Shown here one piece after another: positions 23,965-37,419 of a stretch of DNA of 64,000 nucleotides. A program made the translations under genes and the position numbers. The stretch lies in NCBI GenBank assembly GCA_950097015.1, contig CATNEN010000010.1:2790001-2854000 (forward strand). The letters run 5' to 3'. Source of the stretch: Macrostomum hystrix. Taxonomy: Eukaryota; Animalia; Platyhelminthes. The stretch's first letter is position 1, and the number at the start of each line of letters is the position of its first letter. The notes under the pieces are model-generated. The model saw only the letters and a list, made by a program, of their open reading frames with translations. It was not told the origin of the DNA and did no database searches.

Positions 23965-25440
23965 CCTCAGCCTACATTCAGTCACTCCCTCAGCCTTTAT
24001 TCAGTCACTCCCTCAGCCTTTATTCAGTCACTCCCTCAGCCTTCATTCAGTCACTCCCTCAGCCTTCATTCAGTCACTCCCTCAGACTTCATTCAGTCAC
24101 TCCACCAGCCTTCATTCAGTCACTCCCTCAGCCTTCATTCAGTCACTCCCTCAGCCTTCATTCAGTCACTCCCTCAGCCTTCATTCAGTCACTCCCTCAG
24201 CCTTCATTCAGTCACTCCCTCAGCCTTCATTCAGACTCCGGTCAGCCTTCATTCAGTCACTCCCTCAGACTTCATTCAGTCACTCCCTCAGACTTCATTC
24301 AGTCACTCCCCCAGCCTTCATTCAGTAACTCCCTCAGACTTCATTCAGTCACTCCCTCAGCCTTCATTCAGTCACTCCCTCAGCCTTCATTCAGTCACTC
24401 CCTCAGACTTCATTCAGTCATTCCCTCAGCTTTCATTCAGTCACTCTTTCAGCCTTCATTCAGTCACTCCCTCAGCCTTCATTCAGTCACTCCCTCAGCC
24501 TTCATTCAGTCACTCCCTCAGCCTTCATTCAGTCACTCCCTCAGCCTTCATTCAGTCACTCCCTCAGCCTTCATTCAGTCACTCCCTCAGCCTTCATTCA
24601 GTCACTCCCTCAGCCTTCATTCAGTCACTCCCTCAGCCTTCATTCAGTCACTCCCTCAGACTTCATTCAGTCACCCCACCAGCCTTCATTCAGTCACTCC
24701 CTCAGCCTTCATTCAGTCACTCCCTCAGCCTTCATTCAGTCACTCCCTCAGCCTTCATTCAGTCACTCCCTCAGCCTTCATTCAGTCACTCCCTCAGCCT
24801 TCATTCAGTCACTCCCTCAGCCTTCATTCAGACTCCGGTCAGCCTTCATTCAGTCACTCCCTCAGACTTCATTCAGTCACTCCCTCAGCCTTCATTCAGT
24901 CACTCCCTCAGACTTCATTCAGTCATTCCCTCAGCTTTCATTCAGTCACTCCCTCAGCCTTCATTCAGTCACTCCCTCAGCCTTCATTCAGTCACTCCCT
25001 CAGCCTTCATTCAGTCACTCCCTCAGCCTTCATTCAGTCACTCCCCCAGCCTTCATTCAGACTCCGGTCAGGCTTCATTCAGACTCCGGTCAGGCTTCAT
25101 TCAGACTCCGGTCAGGCTTCATTCAGACTCCGGTCAGGCTTCATTCAGACTCCGGTCAGGCTTCATTCAGACTCCGGTCAGGCTTCATTCAGACTCCGGT
25201 CAGGCTTCATTCAGACTCCGGTCAGGCTTCATTCAGACTCCGGTCAGGCTTCCTTCAGACTCCGGTCAGGCTTCCTTCTGTCACTCCCTCAGCCTTTATT
25301 CAGTCAATCCCCCAGCCTTCATTCAGACTCCGGTCAGGCTTCATTCAGTCACTCCCCCAGCCTTCATTCAGACTCCGGTCAGGCTTCATTCAGACTCCGG
25401 TCAGGCTTCATTCAGACTCCGGTCAGGCTTCCTTCTGTCA
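23965..25440. repeat. 23-bp minisatellite grading into a 22-bp variant
   Basis: CATTCAGTCACTCCCTCAGCCTT for most of the array; CATTCAGACTCCGGTCAGGCTT dominates after about 25050. Confidence 0.95.
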
Positions 25441-25449
25441 GTATTCAGC

Positions 25450-25800
25450 CCGGTGATGGGCCGCCGTCTTTCTACCAGCAGCGCAGCAGAACTTCAATCG
25501 GGTCTCGGGTTGCTAAGCGAACACTCTGCTCGAAGTACTTAACAATCTCGGCCACTTCGCTACTAAAAAGAGCTGCACTGGACGGACTGCAACCTGATCA
25601 TGTTTGCCAGGGTTCTTAAAGGGATTTCTATTGTTAATAGGTGTGTTTACACTGGATACCTGATCCCAAGCTGTTCACAGAGTCTTAGACGCATTCGAAG
25701 CGTTTTCACTACAGTCAGAGGCGGAATCCCCACATAGTCACCATGGGAGCCAACCGCTTATCATAGGCACTTAAAGAGGCCTAATAGTTTTAAAAGAAGC
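25450..25800 (+). mobile_element. Possible degenerate non-LTR (CR1/L2-like) RT 3' remnant
   Basis: Weak by-eye similarity (RVAKRTL...LKRAAL...NLIMFARVLKG) to LINE RT C-terminal motifs; frameshifted. Confidence 0.3.
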
Positions 25801-27075
25801 AGATTAGGTTTGGATGCTTTAGAATTTTTGTGTGCGCGGCTGTTGACTATAGCGGATAATCGGGTCGAGATTATCGGCCGAGGGAATTGTGAAGTGGCTC
25901 GCGCAATTGTCACCTCCGAGAGATCTGCTTTAAGCCCGCGCAGTGCGCACTGAATTTCCCGCCGAGAGAGGCGATATCTTATTCGCGAAATCTGAAAATT
26001 TGATCGAACAAAAATAAAACAAGAAAAAAGCCGGTTCTAGGGATATTATTTCTCTTTGAGTTTTTTTCCCAGTGGGTGGGGAATTATTCAGAGCCGTCAG
26101 GAATTCGGATCGCAATATAGCGCCGCGGGAAGGCTGATGACGGGGATTGTCAATTAACCAGAGGCACGCACGCAGGCGTGTCTGCCACACGATCCCACAG
26201 GTGCTCCGCAGCCTTGATTCAGCGGCCCCCTGCACCCTCCCGTATTGTTTTGATTGCGACTGAACGGAGCAGGGACAAAGATTACAGCTGATCAAGATGC
26301 GGCTTCAGCGCACGACTCTCGGCGGGGTGTCCTCACATTTTCAGCTGGATGCTGGTGGCACCTCCATGCGATGATTATTAGCAATCTAATTTGCATAAGA
26401 AGAATATTTTCTTGGTAAAATGAAATTCTCTCCGCGTGTCTTTTCTAAACTTCTTGTGAACTCTTCAAAACTCGTGCAATCTTTCTCCATCGAAATCACA
26501 TTTCTTAACCGAAAACTTCTTAACCATTATCTATCCCCCATTCTTACTCCACCCACTCCATCCCATCCGTTGTCTACTTTCTCCCATATCAACATTTCCC
26601 CTATTTAATACTCCCTCCCTTATGTACCTTCTCCCCTATCTACTCCCTCCCCAATCAGATTTCTCCCCTTATCTACTTTCTCCCCTATCTTCTCTCTCCC
26701 CTATATTCTCTCTCCCCAATTTACTCTCTCCCTTATCTACTTTCTCCCCGATCTAACTTTTCCCAAACTATACTTTCTCCCCATATACTATCTGCCCATC
26801 GTCCGTCCCCAATCGAATTGCTTCTAGTGAACATTTCCCGCTAAATTTTCTAACCTGTAAACCCCGATCAATTTAGTCGCCAACCTAAACTGTACAGTCT
26901 GATTGCGCATCTCTTGTAGACACTTTCCCAATCAGGCATTTGAGCCATGCAGGCAGATGAAAATCAGCTTTAGCAGAGCAGCTGGCAGGTGTAAATCAAT
27001 CTGCTAACAGCGGCCTTCACCTAAGCTTGCATCACCACCAGGCAGTATCCAAGCCATCAGTTTTTTGTCTTCGCA

Positions 27076-27240
27076 GCATCGAAGGAAGCGTCCGCGTCAC
27101 CGACGTCCGCCGTCTCCGAGCGATGTTGCGCCAGCTGCCGCGGTCGTTCGCCGAGCTCCTCTAACGGCGCCTCCGACAAGCCACCCGGATACCAAGCGGG
27201 GAGATCGCCGAGGGTGATAGGCCACCTCCGAGACACTGCT
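27076..27240. other. GC-rich exon-like island of undetermined strand and frame
   Basis: Plus strand has a strong acceptor (ttttttgtcttcgcag at about 27075) with open frames; an open minus-strand frame also exists (27057..27344). Confidence 0.3.
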
Positions 27241-27559
27241 GATGTTGCAGATGAGTGGATAATTGGCTCACTGTTTACATTATCACATGCCGCCTCGGTT
27301 ATTATGCCTGGCACTTCAAGAATGGGATGGCCCACTGTATACAAAGCGGTTTCAAATTTGTTTATTTGCGTTCAACTGGCAACCGAATCTTGCAAGCCAA
27401 GGCTTTATACAGTTCGCAATCTTTTGAGCTACTCAAGAAATGCAAAATTATCTACTTTCACCTCTCTAATCTTCCATTTTTAAGCAGGTAGTAACTTGAT
27501 ATCATCAGAAGTTTCTTGCGTTATACACCAAACTTCATTTTTACTTACTTATTTTCTAA

Positions 27560-28200
27560 CCCTTGCCTATCTTATCCCCTACATCCGCATCTTATCCGCT
27601 ACATCCCCATCTTATCCCCTACATCCCCATCTTATCCCCTACATCCCCATCTTATCCCCTAGATCCGCATCTTATCCCCTACTTCCGCATCTTATCCCCT
27701 ACTTCCCCATCTTATCCCCTAGATCCGCATCTTATCCCCTACTTCCCCATCTTATCCCCTACATCCGCATCTTATCCCCTACTTCCCCATCTTATCCCCT
27801 AGATCCGCATCTTATCCCCTACATCCGCATCTTATCCCCTACTTCCGCATCTTATCCCATACATCCCCATCTTATCCGCTACATCCGCATCTTATCCCCT
27901 ACATCAGCATCTTATCCCCTACTTCCCCATCTTATCCCCTACTTCCCCATCTTATCCCCTACTTCCGCATCTTATCCCCTACTTCCCCATCTTATCCCCT
28001 ACATCCGCATCTTATCCCCTACTTCCCCATCTTATCCCCTACATCCCCATCTTATCCCCTACAGCCGCATCTTATCCCCTACTTCCGCATCTTATCCCCT
28101 ACTTCCGCATCTTATCCCCTACATCCGCATCTTATCCCCTACATCCGCATCTTATCCCCTACATCCCCATCTTATCCCATACTTCTCTATCTTATATCAT
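27560..28200. repeat. 20-bp minisatellite
   Basis: Unit CTTATCCCCTAC(A/T)TCC(G/C)CAT. Confidence 0.95.
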
Positions 28201-29359
28201 CTTTTCTATCTTATCTCCTTCTTTTTTTTATCCCCTCCTTTTCAATCTTATCCCCTCTATCTCCATTTGCAATCCCATTTACAGCATTAAATGCTTATGC
28301 TGTAAAAGCGCATAAAGTCCCATAAAAGCGCTGCTCGCACCCAGGAAAGTCTCAGTGCCAGAATAAAAATGTTCCAAATGTTTCCCGAACCATTCCTCGA
28401 CTAATTTCGCTCCCACCAAACCTTTTCAAGGGCAAAAGGCCTTGAAGGGAGAAAAAGGGAGAAAATGTTTGCAACCACAAGACAGAGATCTCGGCTTGCT
28501 TGTCGTTTCATTTTACATAGAAATGCATTGAGAGGCCATAAAAATTACAAAGCGGGCGGGGCCCAACCTCCCTCAACCTCCGCTAGTCCTGAACTGCGAA
28601 ATTTTCACGTGCACCTGCAGAACTCCACCGCGCGTGACTCCCTCGGCAATATTTCTCCCCCCATATGGGCCTGAAAAGATCCCAGAAGCAAAGAACAAGA
28701 TGGAGAACAAGAACAAGGACCTTGTCGACCTCCCCTCCCGTACGACATGTCAGGGGACGCGTGATTTCGCTCTTTGTAATCGGCTCTTTGTTGTGCGGCC
28801 CATTGTTTTTGCCTCTGCCGATATTGTCACGGCTAAGCGATGCTGGCAGGCCCTGACTCGCCTTCTCTAATGATCATTGTTATTAATAGTTTCTGGCCCT
28901 GTCTGTTCTGGGAATTGTGCGATCCTGGGCCAGTGCCGTTCGAGCAAATTCTCAGATCAATCAATTTTTATCGACTTCTGTCAGCTGTTTGTTTAGCATC
29001 TCTGAAAAAAGCTTTGTGCGTTTACAGGCAGACTTACGGATTCAGACCAGGTGTAATTCAGTTTCGATTTGCTTTACGGAAAATACTAGCAGGTAGTGAT
29101 GGAGGGCAGAATTGACTATACAGTTTCAATCAGATAATTATTCAATCAGAATTACATTGGATGAGCAGAATTAAATGTACTTTAATAATAAGTTGCTCAG
29201 TTACGCAACATAGAGCCCAGACTTATTTGCAAATGATTTCAATATTCCTTTCGCGGCAATTACATTTTTACTTATGAGTAGTATTATATGCGCAAGATTA
29301 GAAGCAAAAGTATTTTAAAGTTTTGGCAAAAAAGAGTTTTGGCATAAGGGTGAATGGGA

Positions 29360-29860
29360 TTTAGATGAGTGACAATGGGATGGGAGACGATTGGATAGAG
29401 AAGAATAAAATGGGTGAGAATGGGATGGACTGAATGGGGTGGGAGAGAATAGGATGGGAGAGAATGGGATGGGAGAGAATAGGGTGGGAGAGAATGGGAT
29501 GGGAGAGAATGGGATGGGTGAGAATGGGATGGACTGAATGGGGTGGGAGAGAATAGGATGGGAGAGAATGGGATGGGAGAGAATGGGATGGGAGAGAATG
29601 GGATGGGTGAGAATGGGATGGACTGAATGGGGTGGGAGAGAATAGGATGGGAGAGAATGGGATGGGAGAGAATGGGGTGGGAGAGAATAGGATGGGAGAG
29701 AATGGGATGGGAGAGAATAGGGTGGGAGAGAATGGGGTGGGAGAGAATAGGATGGGAGAGAATGGGATGGGAGAGAATGGGATTGGACTGAATGGGATGG
29801 GACTGACTAGGGTGGGAGAGAATCGGATGGGAGAGAATGGAATTGCAGAGAATGGGATGG
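29360..29860. repeat. 15-bp purine-rich minisatellite
   Basis: Unit GGGAGAGAATGGGAT with variants. Confidence 0.9.
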
Positions 29861-30803
29861 TCAGCTACGAGTTCAGAGCTCAGAGCATGCAATATATAAT
29901 AAGCCTTCTATTAGAAAGTCATTCGTTGGTTCGATTCAAAGGTGCAGCAACTGACTGCACCTGCAGACCAGTTTTTCCCGTCATTAACCTCTCCCCGCAA
30001 GCCATATTTTTTCCCATAGGTCCAACAAAGTAATAGAAGCAAATAAGCATGACAGCAGAACAAGGACTCTGCCGACCTCCCCTATATTGGACACGTCAAG
30101 AACTCCATGGAAGGAGTCTTTGTAATCGAATCTTTGTTCTGCGGCGCAATTGTTTTTCCTATGCCGAAATTATCACGGCTAAGCGATGCTGACAGGCCAT
30201 CGTGACAGGCGGAGCAAATGAGCGCGGACTCTTGAAGGGATTTTTGGGGAATTCGGGGATAAAGGAATAGGAATACTTTATTACAAGAATTGTGTATTGC
30301 AAATGACAAAACTGTGTTGTGAGGCATTCCGATGTCTCACTGGAATAGGACATTGGCTTAAAGAAACAAGACAGTAAAACCAGTCGTGACAGCAAAGACA
30401 TGTTTTCTTGCAGTATTATTTTCAAGTTAGCATAGGTCTATTCGGTATACGAGCTAACTTGCAACTGCACTACTTGTAGTAGAATGCGAAGCGCATATTT
30501 TTTACGAGTACGACGAATTTCGCAGCTCAAATTCAGAAAAGGTCAGGAAAAGTACAAAAGCTGACAGTAGTGTTTCTACTCCTAACTCAGAAACAAGGAA
30601 TATAAATTTGTTTCCTAAAATGTTTACTGAAAGACATGTAAGTCGTAGCAAAATTAACTAGCTGAAGGATAGGCCCATTAGCTCCAGGAGACACCCGAAT
30701 ACTCAAGCAAATTATGACAAGAGCAACTAGTCAATCAAGTTTGATTAATTTCGATAAGTGGATGAAAGCGGAACAGATAGGCCGCGCTGCTTCTAGCAGC
30801 ACA

Positions 30804-30804
<1 letters not shown>

Positions 30805-30844
<40 letters not shown>

Positions 30845-30855
30845 ACAGTCAGGCA

Positions 30856-30900
<45 letters not shown>

Positions 30901-30905
30901 ACAGT

Positions 30906-30936
<31 letters not shown>

Positions 30937-30941
30937 ACAGT

Positions 30942-30976
<35 letters not shown>

Positions 30977-31004
30977 CACAGGCAGGCAGGCAGACAGGCA
31001 GCCA

Positions 31005-31037
<33 letters not shown>

Positions 31038-31088
31038 ACAGTCAGGCAGACAGGCAGGCAGGCAGACAGGCAGGCAGGCAGGCAGACA

Positions 31089-31121
<33 letters not shown>

Positions 31122-31124
31122 ACA

Positions 31125-31161
<37 letters not shown>

Positions 31162-31176
31162 ACAGGCAGGCAGGCA

Positions 31177-31241
<65 letters not shown>

Positions 31242-31264
31242 ACAGGCAGGCAGGCAGGCAGGCA

Positions 31265-31329
<65 letters not shown>

Positions 31330-31364
31330 ACAGGCAGGCAGGCAGGCAGACAGGCAGGCAGGCA

Positions 31365-31441
<77 letters not shown>

Positions 31442-31476
31442 ACAGGCAGGCAGGCAGGCAGACAGGCAGGCAGGCA

Positions 31477-31521
<45 letters not shown>

Positions 31522-31556
31522 ACAGGCAGGCAGGCAGGCAGACAGGCAGGCAGGCA

Positions 31557-31625
<69 letters not shown>

Positions 31626-31642
31626 ACAGGCAGGCAGGCAGG
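30805..31642. repeat. (CAGG)n/(CCTG)n microsatellite with CAGA interruptions, about 210 units
   Basis: Read directly; it starts a few bases from the stop codon of the adjacent minus-strand exon. Confidence 0.95.
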
Positions 31643-31645
31643 AGA

Positions 31646-31989
31646 CTAGCCGGTTTTCACCGGGTCAGGGTCGATCGAACTCATCGGACAAGTGATGTCG
31701 GCAACAAGCTGCTGTAGCTCTTGCATTTTATTCTGAGCTTCAGGCGACTGCTGACGGCAGAGGTCTTCCAGGCAAGCCAGCTGGTCGGTGCGGACCAGCA
31801 GCAGCACCAGGTCGGAGGCGGTAGCGCAGCGTGACAAGTCGCGCGGCGTCGGTCTCGCCTGGTGATGGCGGCCTGGCGAACCGGCGGCGGCAACAGCGTC
31901 CGTGGCGGCGGTGGCCACGGCCGGGGCGGCGGACGATGCGGCTGCTCGAACGGCGTCGATGTTCAGGCTGGACCCCAGCGAGCGGGCGA
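31646..31989 (-). CDS. Uncharacterised (BACK-like) gene, distal exon
   Basis: ttcttcag acceptor (phase 1) gives VARSLGSSLNIDAVRAAAS...DLVLLLVRTDQLACLEDLCRQ...KTG*. The 3' end may instead splice at CCG|GTGAAA. Confidence 0.6.
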
Positions 31990-32089
31990 CTGAAGAATTC
32001 GAATTCGAATGGCAAGAATGCCACAAGAGATCGTGATTGGGCAAAAGGACGGTTAGGGAAAAGGCGAAAGGAAAAGTTGCGGTAGAAAG

Positions 32090-32925
32090 AGACAGGAGGG
32101 GTCGATGGAGACAGGAGGGTAGAGGGAGACAGGTGGGGTAGAATGAGACAGGAGGGGTAGAGTGAGACAGAAGGGGTAGAGTGAGACAGAAGGGGTAGAG
32201 TGAGACAGGAAGGGTAGAGTGAGACAGGAGGGGTAGACGGAGACAGGAGGAGTAGAAGGAGACAGGAGGGTAGAGTGAGACAGGAGGAGTAGAAGGAGAC
32301 AGGAAGGGTAGAGTGAGACAGGAGGGGTAGAGTGAGAGTAGAGTGAGACAGGAGGGCAGAAGAGACAGGAGGGTAGAGTGAGACAGGAGGGTAGAGTGAG
32401 ACAGGAGGGCAGAAGAGACAGGAGGGGTAGAGTGAGACAGGAGGGGTAGAGTGAGACAGAAGGGGTAGAGTGAGACAGAAGGGGTAGAGTGAGACAGGAA
32501 GGGTAGAGTGAGACAGGAGGGGTAGACGGAGACAGGAGGAGTAGAAGGAGACAGGAGGGTAGAGTGAGACAGGAGGAGTAGAAGGAGACAGGAAGGGTAG
32601 AGTGAGACAGGAGGGGTAGAGTGAGACAGGAGGGGTAGAGTGAGACAGGAGGGGTAGAGTGAGACAGGAGGGCAGAAGAGACAGGAGGGTAGAGTGAGAC
32701 AGGAGGGTAGAGTGAGACAGGAGGGCAGAAGAGACAGGAGGGTAGAGTGAGACAGGAGGGTAGAGTGAGACAGGAGGGCAGAAGAGACAGGAGGGGTAGA
32801 GTGAGACAGGAGGGGTAGAGTGAGACAGGAGGGTAGAGTGAGACAGGAGGGCAGAAGAGACAGGAGGGGTAGAGTGAGACAGGAGGGGTAGAGTGAGACA
32901 GGAGGGGTAGAGTGAGACAGATGGA
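32090..32925. repeat. 17-19-bp intronic minisatellite
   Basis: Unit GAGTGAGACAGGAGGGGTA with GGCAGAA variants. Confidence 0.9.
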
Positions 32926-33011
32926 ATAATGATTCAGATGACATGCAATGTGGAGTTAAGTAGAGTCTTAGCACAATGAGCAGTCGCGGACAGCTGGTAC
33001 TCTAGACTCAC

Positions 33012-33065
33012 CTGCCTGAATTCGCAGCAGTTTCACTTCCATTATTGAGTAGGCGGCTCTGTGCT
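33012..33065 (-). CDS. Uncharacterised (BACK-like) gene, 54-nt exon
   Basis: TAG acceptor and GTGAGT donor, phase 1 to 1; encodes EHRAAYSIMEVKLLRIQA and bridges the neighbouring exons in frame. Confidence 0.5.
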
Positions 33066-33397
33066 CTAGAATTTTTGAAGTTCTTAAGGTCGATTAATCA
33101 CTCCGATTCGGCGATGAAAGATAAAATAATAAAAGCTGAAGTGATTGCTGCCACAGACAGGCAATTTCATTATAACTAATGACAAGAAAATTTCCTGGAA
33201 AGGGCCAACAAGCACCTTATTGGTTCCTAAAAATAGACATCGTAGCTGCACTGAAGTGTGGCAAGCAACGGCTGGAGTTTAAACAGAGCTCTTTTCACAG
33301 AGTAAAGGTACAAACAGGATTTCCAAGAAATTCTGAGCGTAACAGCCAATCCTAAGCGGTCAAGGACTCAAAAATTTCGGCTTAGTTTAGGTCGTAC

Positions 33398-33618
33398 TGT
33401 GGCGGCCAGGTCTGCACGCGGCGCGACTCTGGGTGCATATGCACTCAAACCCCGGGCCGCCTGGCTGGTTTGAGTTAGTCTCGCTAAGCCGGGGGGTTAC
33501 GGACTCTCGCCACCTCACGCGCACCTCCCCACGCTCTGAAGCGCTATTTAAGATCTGTTTGACTAATAAATAAATTTACGCTTTCTCGCGCACTGCATTT
33601 CATTTGCGAGACACTAAA
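33398..33618 (+). repeat. 5' LTR (221 bp)
   Basis: TGTGGCGG...GACACTAAA, followed by the PBS. Confidence 0.95.
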
Positions 33619-36600
33619 TTGGTGAGCCCGACTACCCCAGCCGTGCTGAGGAATGACTGAGTCAGCCGTTGCACTCAAACTGCCCACGTTTTGGGCCTCG
33701 CAGCCCCGGGCCTGGTTTATTCAGGCCGAAGCCCAGTTCAATCTGCGGCGAATCACTGAGGACAACACTAAGTACACGCACGTAGTCGCTGCTCTCGACC
33801 AGATCACAGCCGAGCGACTACTCGATGTGCTGGAGCGTCCGCCGGAAGAGGACAAGTACCAGAGCCTGAACGTTTGGCCTCACTCGACAGCTGCGGGCCA
33901 GCCGCCTCCTCGGAATGTCCGGCCTCGGCGACAAGCGTCCTCTGTAGAGAAATGCTCGCTCTGCTAGGTGACCATCCCCCCGTGCCTCCTGTTCGAGGAA
34001 ATTTTCCGCCAGCAGCTGCCCGCCGACGTCAGGATGATGTGGACTTCAGCGACCCGCGGGCCGCAGCGCAAGAGGCCGATAAGCTGTGGGCGAGCCGGTC
34101 GCAGCCGTTCACAGCCTCCGTGCAGCATCCCGCTGCAGAGCAGCCGCCGCATCCGCCTGCTCAGCCGTCCTTGCAGCTAGCCTCCGCCCGACCAGGCAGA
34201 GTCGCAAACGCTCGGATGACGGCCTGTGCCGTTTTCACCGCCGATTTGGTGCGGCGGCCCGCCAGTGTCAGGCGCCCTGCAGCTTCCAGGGAAACGGACA
34301 GGCCGGCCGTCAGTGATCAGCTCGGCGGCCGGTAACAGCAGCCTGCTGCTCATCCCCGATGTCCAGACGGGCCGGCGCGTCCTGGTCGACACGGGCGCCG
34401 AGGTCAGCATTTTTCCCGTCGCCGGCACTGATGCTCGCCTGCGGACGCCTGGCCAGCCGCTCTTCGCAGCCAACGGCAGCCCCATCCGCACCTTCGGTAC
34501 CCGCCAGATCACGCTCGACCTCGGAATCCGGCGCTGCTCCTGGCCGTTCATCCTGGCCGAAGTCTCCCGCCCGCTGATCGGCGCCGACTTCCTGCGGCAC
34601 CATGGCCTGCTGGTGGACCTGCCGCACCGACGCCTGCTGGACGGCCAATCGTTCGCCAGCGTGCACCTGCTGGACAGCGTGGGACCCGGCCTGCAGCTCG
34701 CCGCGGACCCGTACAGCCAGCTGCTGGCGGAGTTCCCCGGCCTCACCGAGCCCAGTTTCCAACGAGCCCTGCTGCGCCACAGGGTCGAGCACCATATCCC
34801 GACCAGCGGCCCGCCTGTCCACGCTCGCCCACGCCGCCTGCCGCCAGACAAGCTGGCGGTGGCCAGGGAGGAGTTCCGACTCCTGGAGCGGCTCGGCATC
34901 GCTCTCACAGCCCGTGGTCGTCGCCGCTGCACATGGTGCCCAAGGTGTCCGGCGGCTGGCGGCCCTGCGGCGACTTCAGGCGGCTGAACGACGTCACGGT
35001 GCCAGACCGCTACCCGGTGCCGCACATCCAGGACTTCTCGGCCCGCCTGGCCGGCTGCTCGGTCTTCTCCAAGATCGACCTGGTGCGCGGCTACCACCAG
35101 GTGCCCGTGACCGCGGCCGACGTGCCCAAGACCGCCGTCATCACCCCGTTCGGCCTCTTCGAGTTCCTGCTTCGAGTTCCTGAACGAGGCCCTGTTCGGA
35201 CTCAAGAACGCCGCCCAGGCCTTTCAGCGGTTGGTCGACTCCGTGTGCCAGGACCTGGATTTCGTCTTCGCATACATTGAAGATTTCCTGGTGGCCAGCC
35301 GCAGCCAGCAGCAACACCTGGAGCACCTGCGGATGCTTTTCCAGCGCCTCGCCGACAACGGCCTCATCATCAACCCGGCCAAGTGCGAGTTCGGCCGCAG
35401 CGAGATCGACTTCCTCGGCCACCGCATCAGCTCCGAGGGCGCCGTGCCACTGCCAGACAAGGTCGACGCCATCGCGGGTTCGCGACGCCAGCCACCGTCA
35501 AGGGCCTGCAGGAGTTCGCCGGGATGTTGAATTTCTACCACCGCTTCGTGCCACGGGCCGCCCAGCTGCTGCGCCCAATCCATGCGGCCACGGCCGGTAA
35601 GGAGAAGTTTGTCCGCTGGACGCCCGAGCTGACCGACGCTTTCGACGGAGCTAAGCGGGCGCTGGCGGCCGCCACCATGCTGGCGCACCCGCGGCCGGAC
35701 GCGCCCATCGCCCTCACCGTCGACGCCTCGGACACCGCGGTCGGCGCGGCGCTCGAGCAGCGGGTCGGAGGCGCCTGGCAGCCGCTCGCTTTCTTCAGCC
35801 GGCAGCTCCGCCCACCCGAGCAGAAGTACAGCGCCTTCGACCGCGAGCTGCTCGCGCTGTACCTGGCGGTCCGGCATTTCCGCTACTTCCTGGAGGGCTG
35901 CGTGTTCACCGCCTTCACGGACCACCAGACGCTGGTCGCCGCCATGTCCAGGATGTCCGACCCGTGGTCCGCCCGGCAGCAGCGGCACCTGGCCTACGTG
36001 TCCGAGTTCACAACGGATATCCGGCACGTGGCGGGCAAGGACAACCCGGTGGCGGATGCGCTGTCCCGCTGCACTGTCTCCTCGGTGCGGCCCCGGCTGC
36101 TCCCCGGCGATGGCGCAAGCGCAGGCAGCCGACCCGGCCGTCCTGGCCCTGCAGCTCAGCCCCGGTGACGCCCTGCTCTGCGACATCTCGACCGGCCGGC
36201 CGCGGCCGCTGGTGCCGCCAGACTTCCGCCGCGCCGTTTTCGACGCCATCCACGGCCTCGCGCACCCGTCGGTTCGCAAGACGCAGCGCCTCGTGGCCGC
36301 CAAGTTCGTGTGGGTCGGCATGAACCGGGACGTCAGCAGGTGGGCCCGCGCCTGCGTCGCCTGCCAGACGGCCAAGGTGCACCGCCACGTCGCCGCCCCG
36401 GTGGACAACATTCGCGTGCCGGACCAGCGCTTCGCCCACGTGCACGTCGACCTAGTGGGGCCGCTAGCGCCGTCGCAGGGTTTCACGCACCTGCTGACCA
36501 TCGTGGACCGCTTCACCCGCAGGCCGGAGGCGATCCCGATGACCGATACGTCCGCCGCCGCCTGCGCCGCCGCCTTCAGCGCTCATTGGATTGCCCGGTT

Positions 36601-37419
36601 TGGCGTGCCGAGCGACATCACCTCGGACCGCGGTCCCCAGTTCACCTCGCAGCTGTTGTCCAACGTCTCCCAGCTCCTCGGCATGCAGCTGCACCGGACC
36701 ACGGCTTTCCATCCGCAGGCGAACGGGCTGGTCGAGCGGTTCCACCGGCAGCTGAAGGCCGCCCTCATGGCGAGGCTGGCAGGGCCGGCCTGGGTCAGCG
36801 AGCTACCCTGGGTGTTGCTCGGCATCCGGACGGCCCCCAAGGAGGACCTGCCAGCATCGTCGGCGGAGCTGGTCTACGGCGCGCCCCTCTGCGTACCCGG
36901 CGAGTGCCTGCAGCCCAGCCAGCCCGCCGGCGACGGCGACCAATTCCTAGGACAGCTCCGCAGCGCCGTGCAAGCCTTCCGGCCGACGCCGACAGCGCAT
37001 CACGGCAGTCACCGCACCGCTTGGCCGGCGGCCCTCGACGCCTGCACCTACGTTTTCGTGCGGCGGGATGGTCACCGAGCTCCGCTGCAGAAGCCCTACG
37101 ACGGCCCGTTCAAGGTCATCGAGCGAGGCGCCAAGGCCTTCCTGCTAGACCTGGGAACCCGCAGCGACCACGTGACCGTCGACAGGCTCAAGCCGGCCGT
37201 CCTCGACTTTCGAGAGCCAGTACCGACGCCGGCTGTGCGCCCGAGAGGACGCCCACCCCAGCAGCCTGCAGCGCCACCGCTGCCTGCCGGGGCGACCGAC
37301 GAGGCCGACCGACCGCCGCCAAGCGCCCAACGCGCCGCCGCCCTCCCCAGCCGTCGGCAACCGCCTCGCCAGTGCCGCCCGACGACTTTCGGAGCCTAGC
37401 TCGGTGCTGGGGGGAGCCC

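Noticed and set aside
30714-32974. 311-aa RQAG ORF and 442-aa minus ORF
   Set aside because: These are microsatellite or minisatellite read-through; only 31989-31646 looks coding.
35224-36516. 430-aa antisense ORF in gypsy pol
   Set aside because: It is the shadow of GC-rich sense codon usage.
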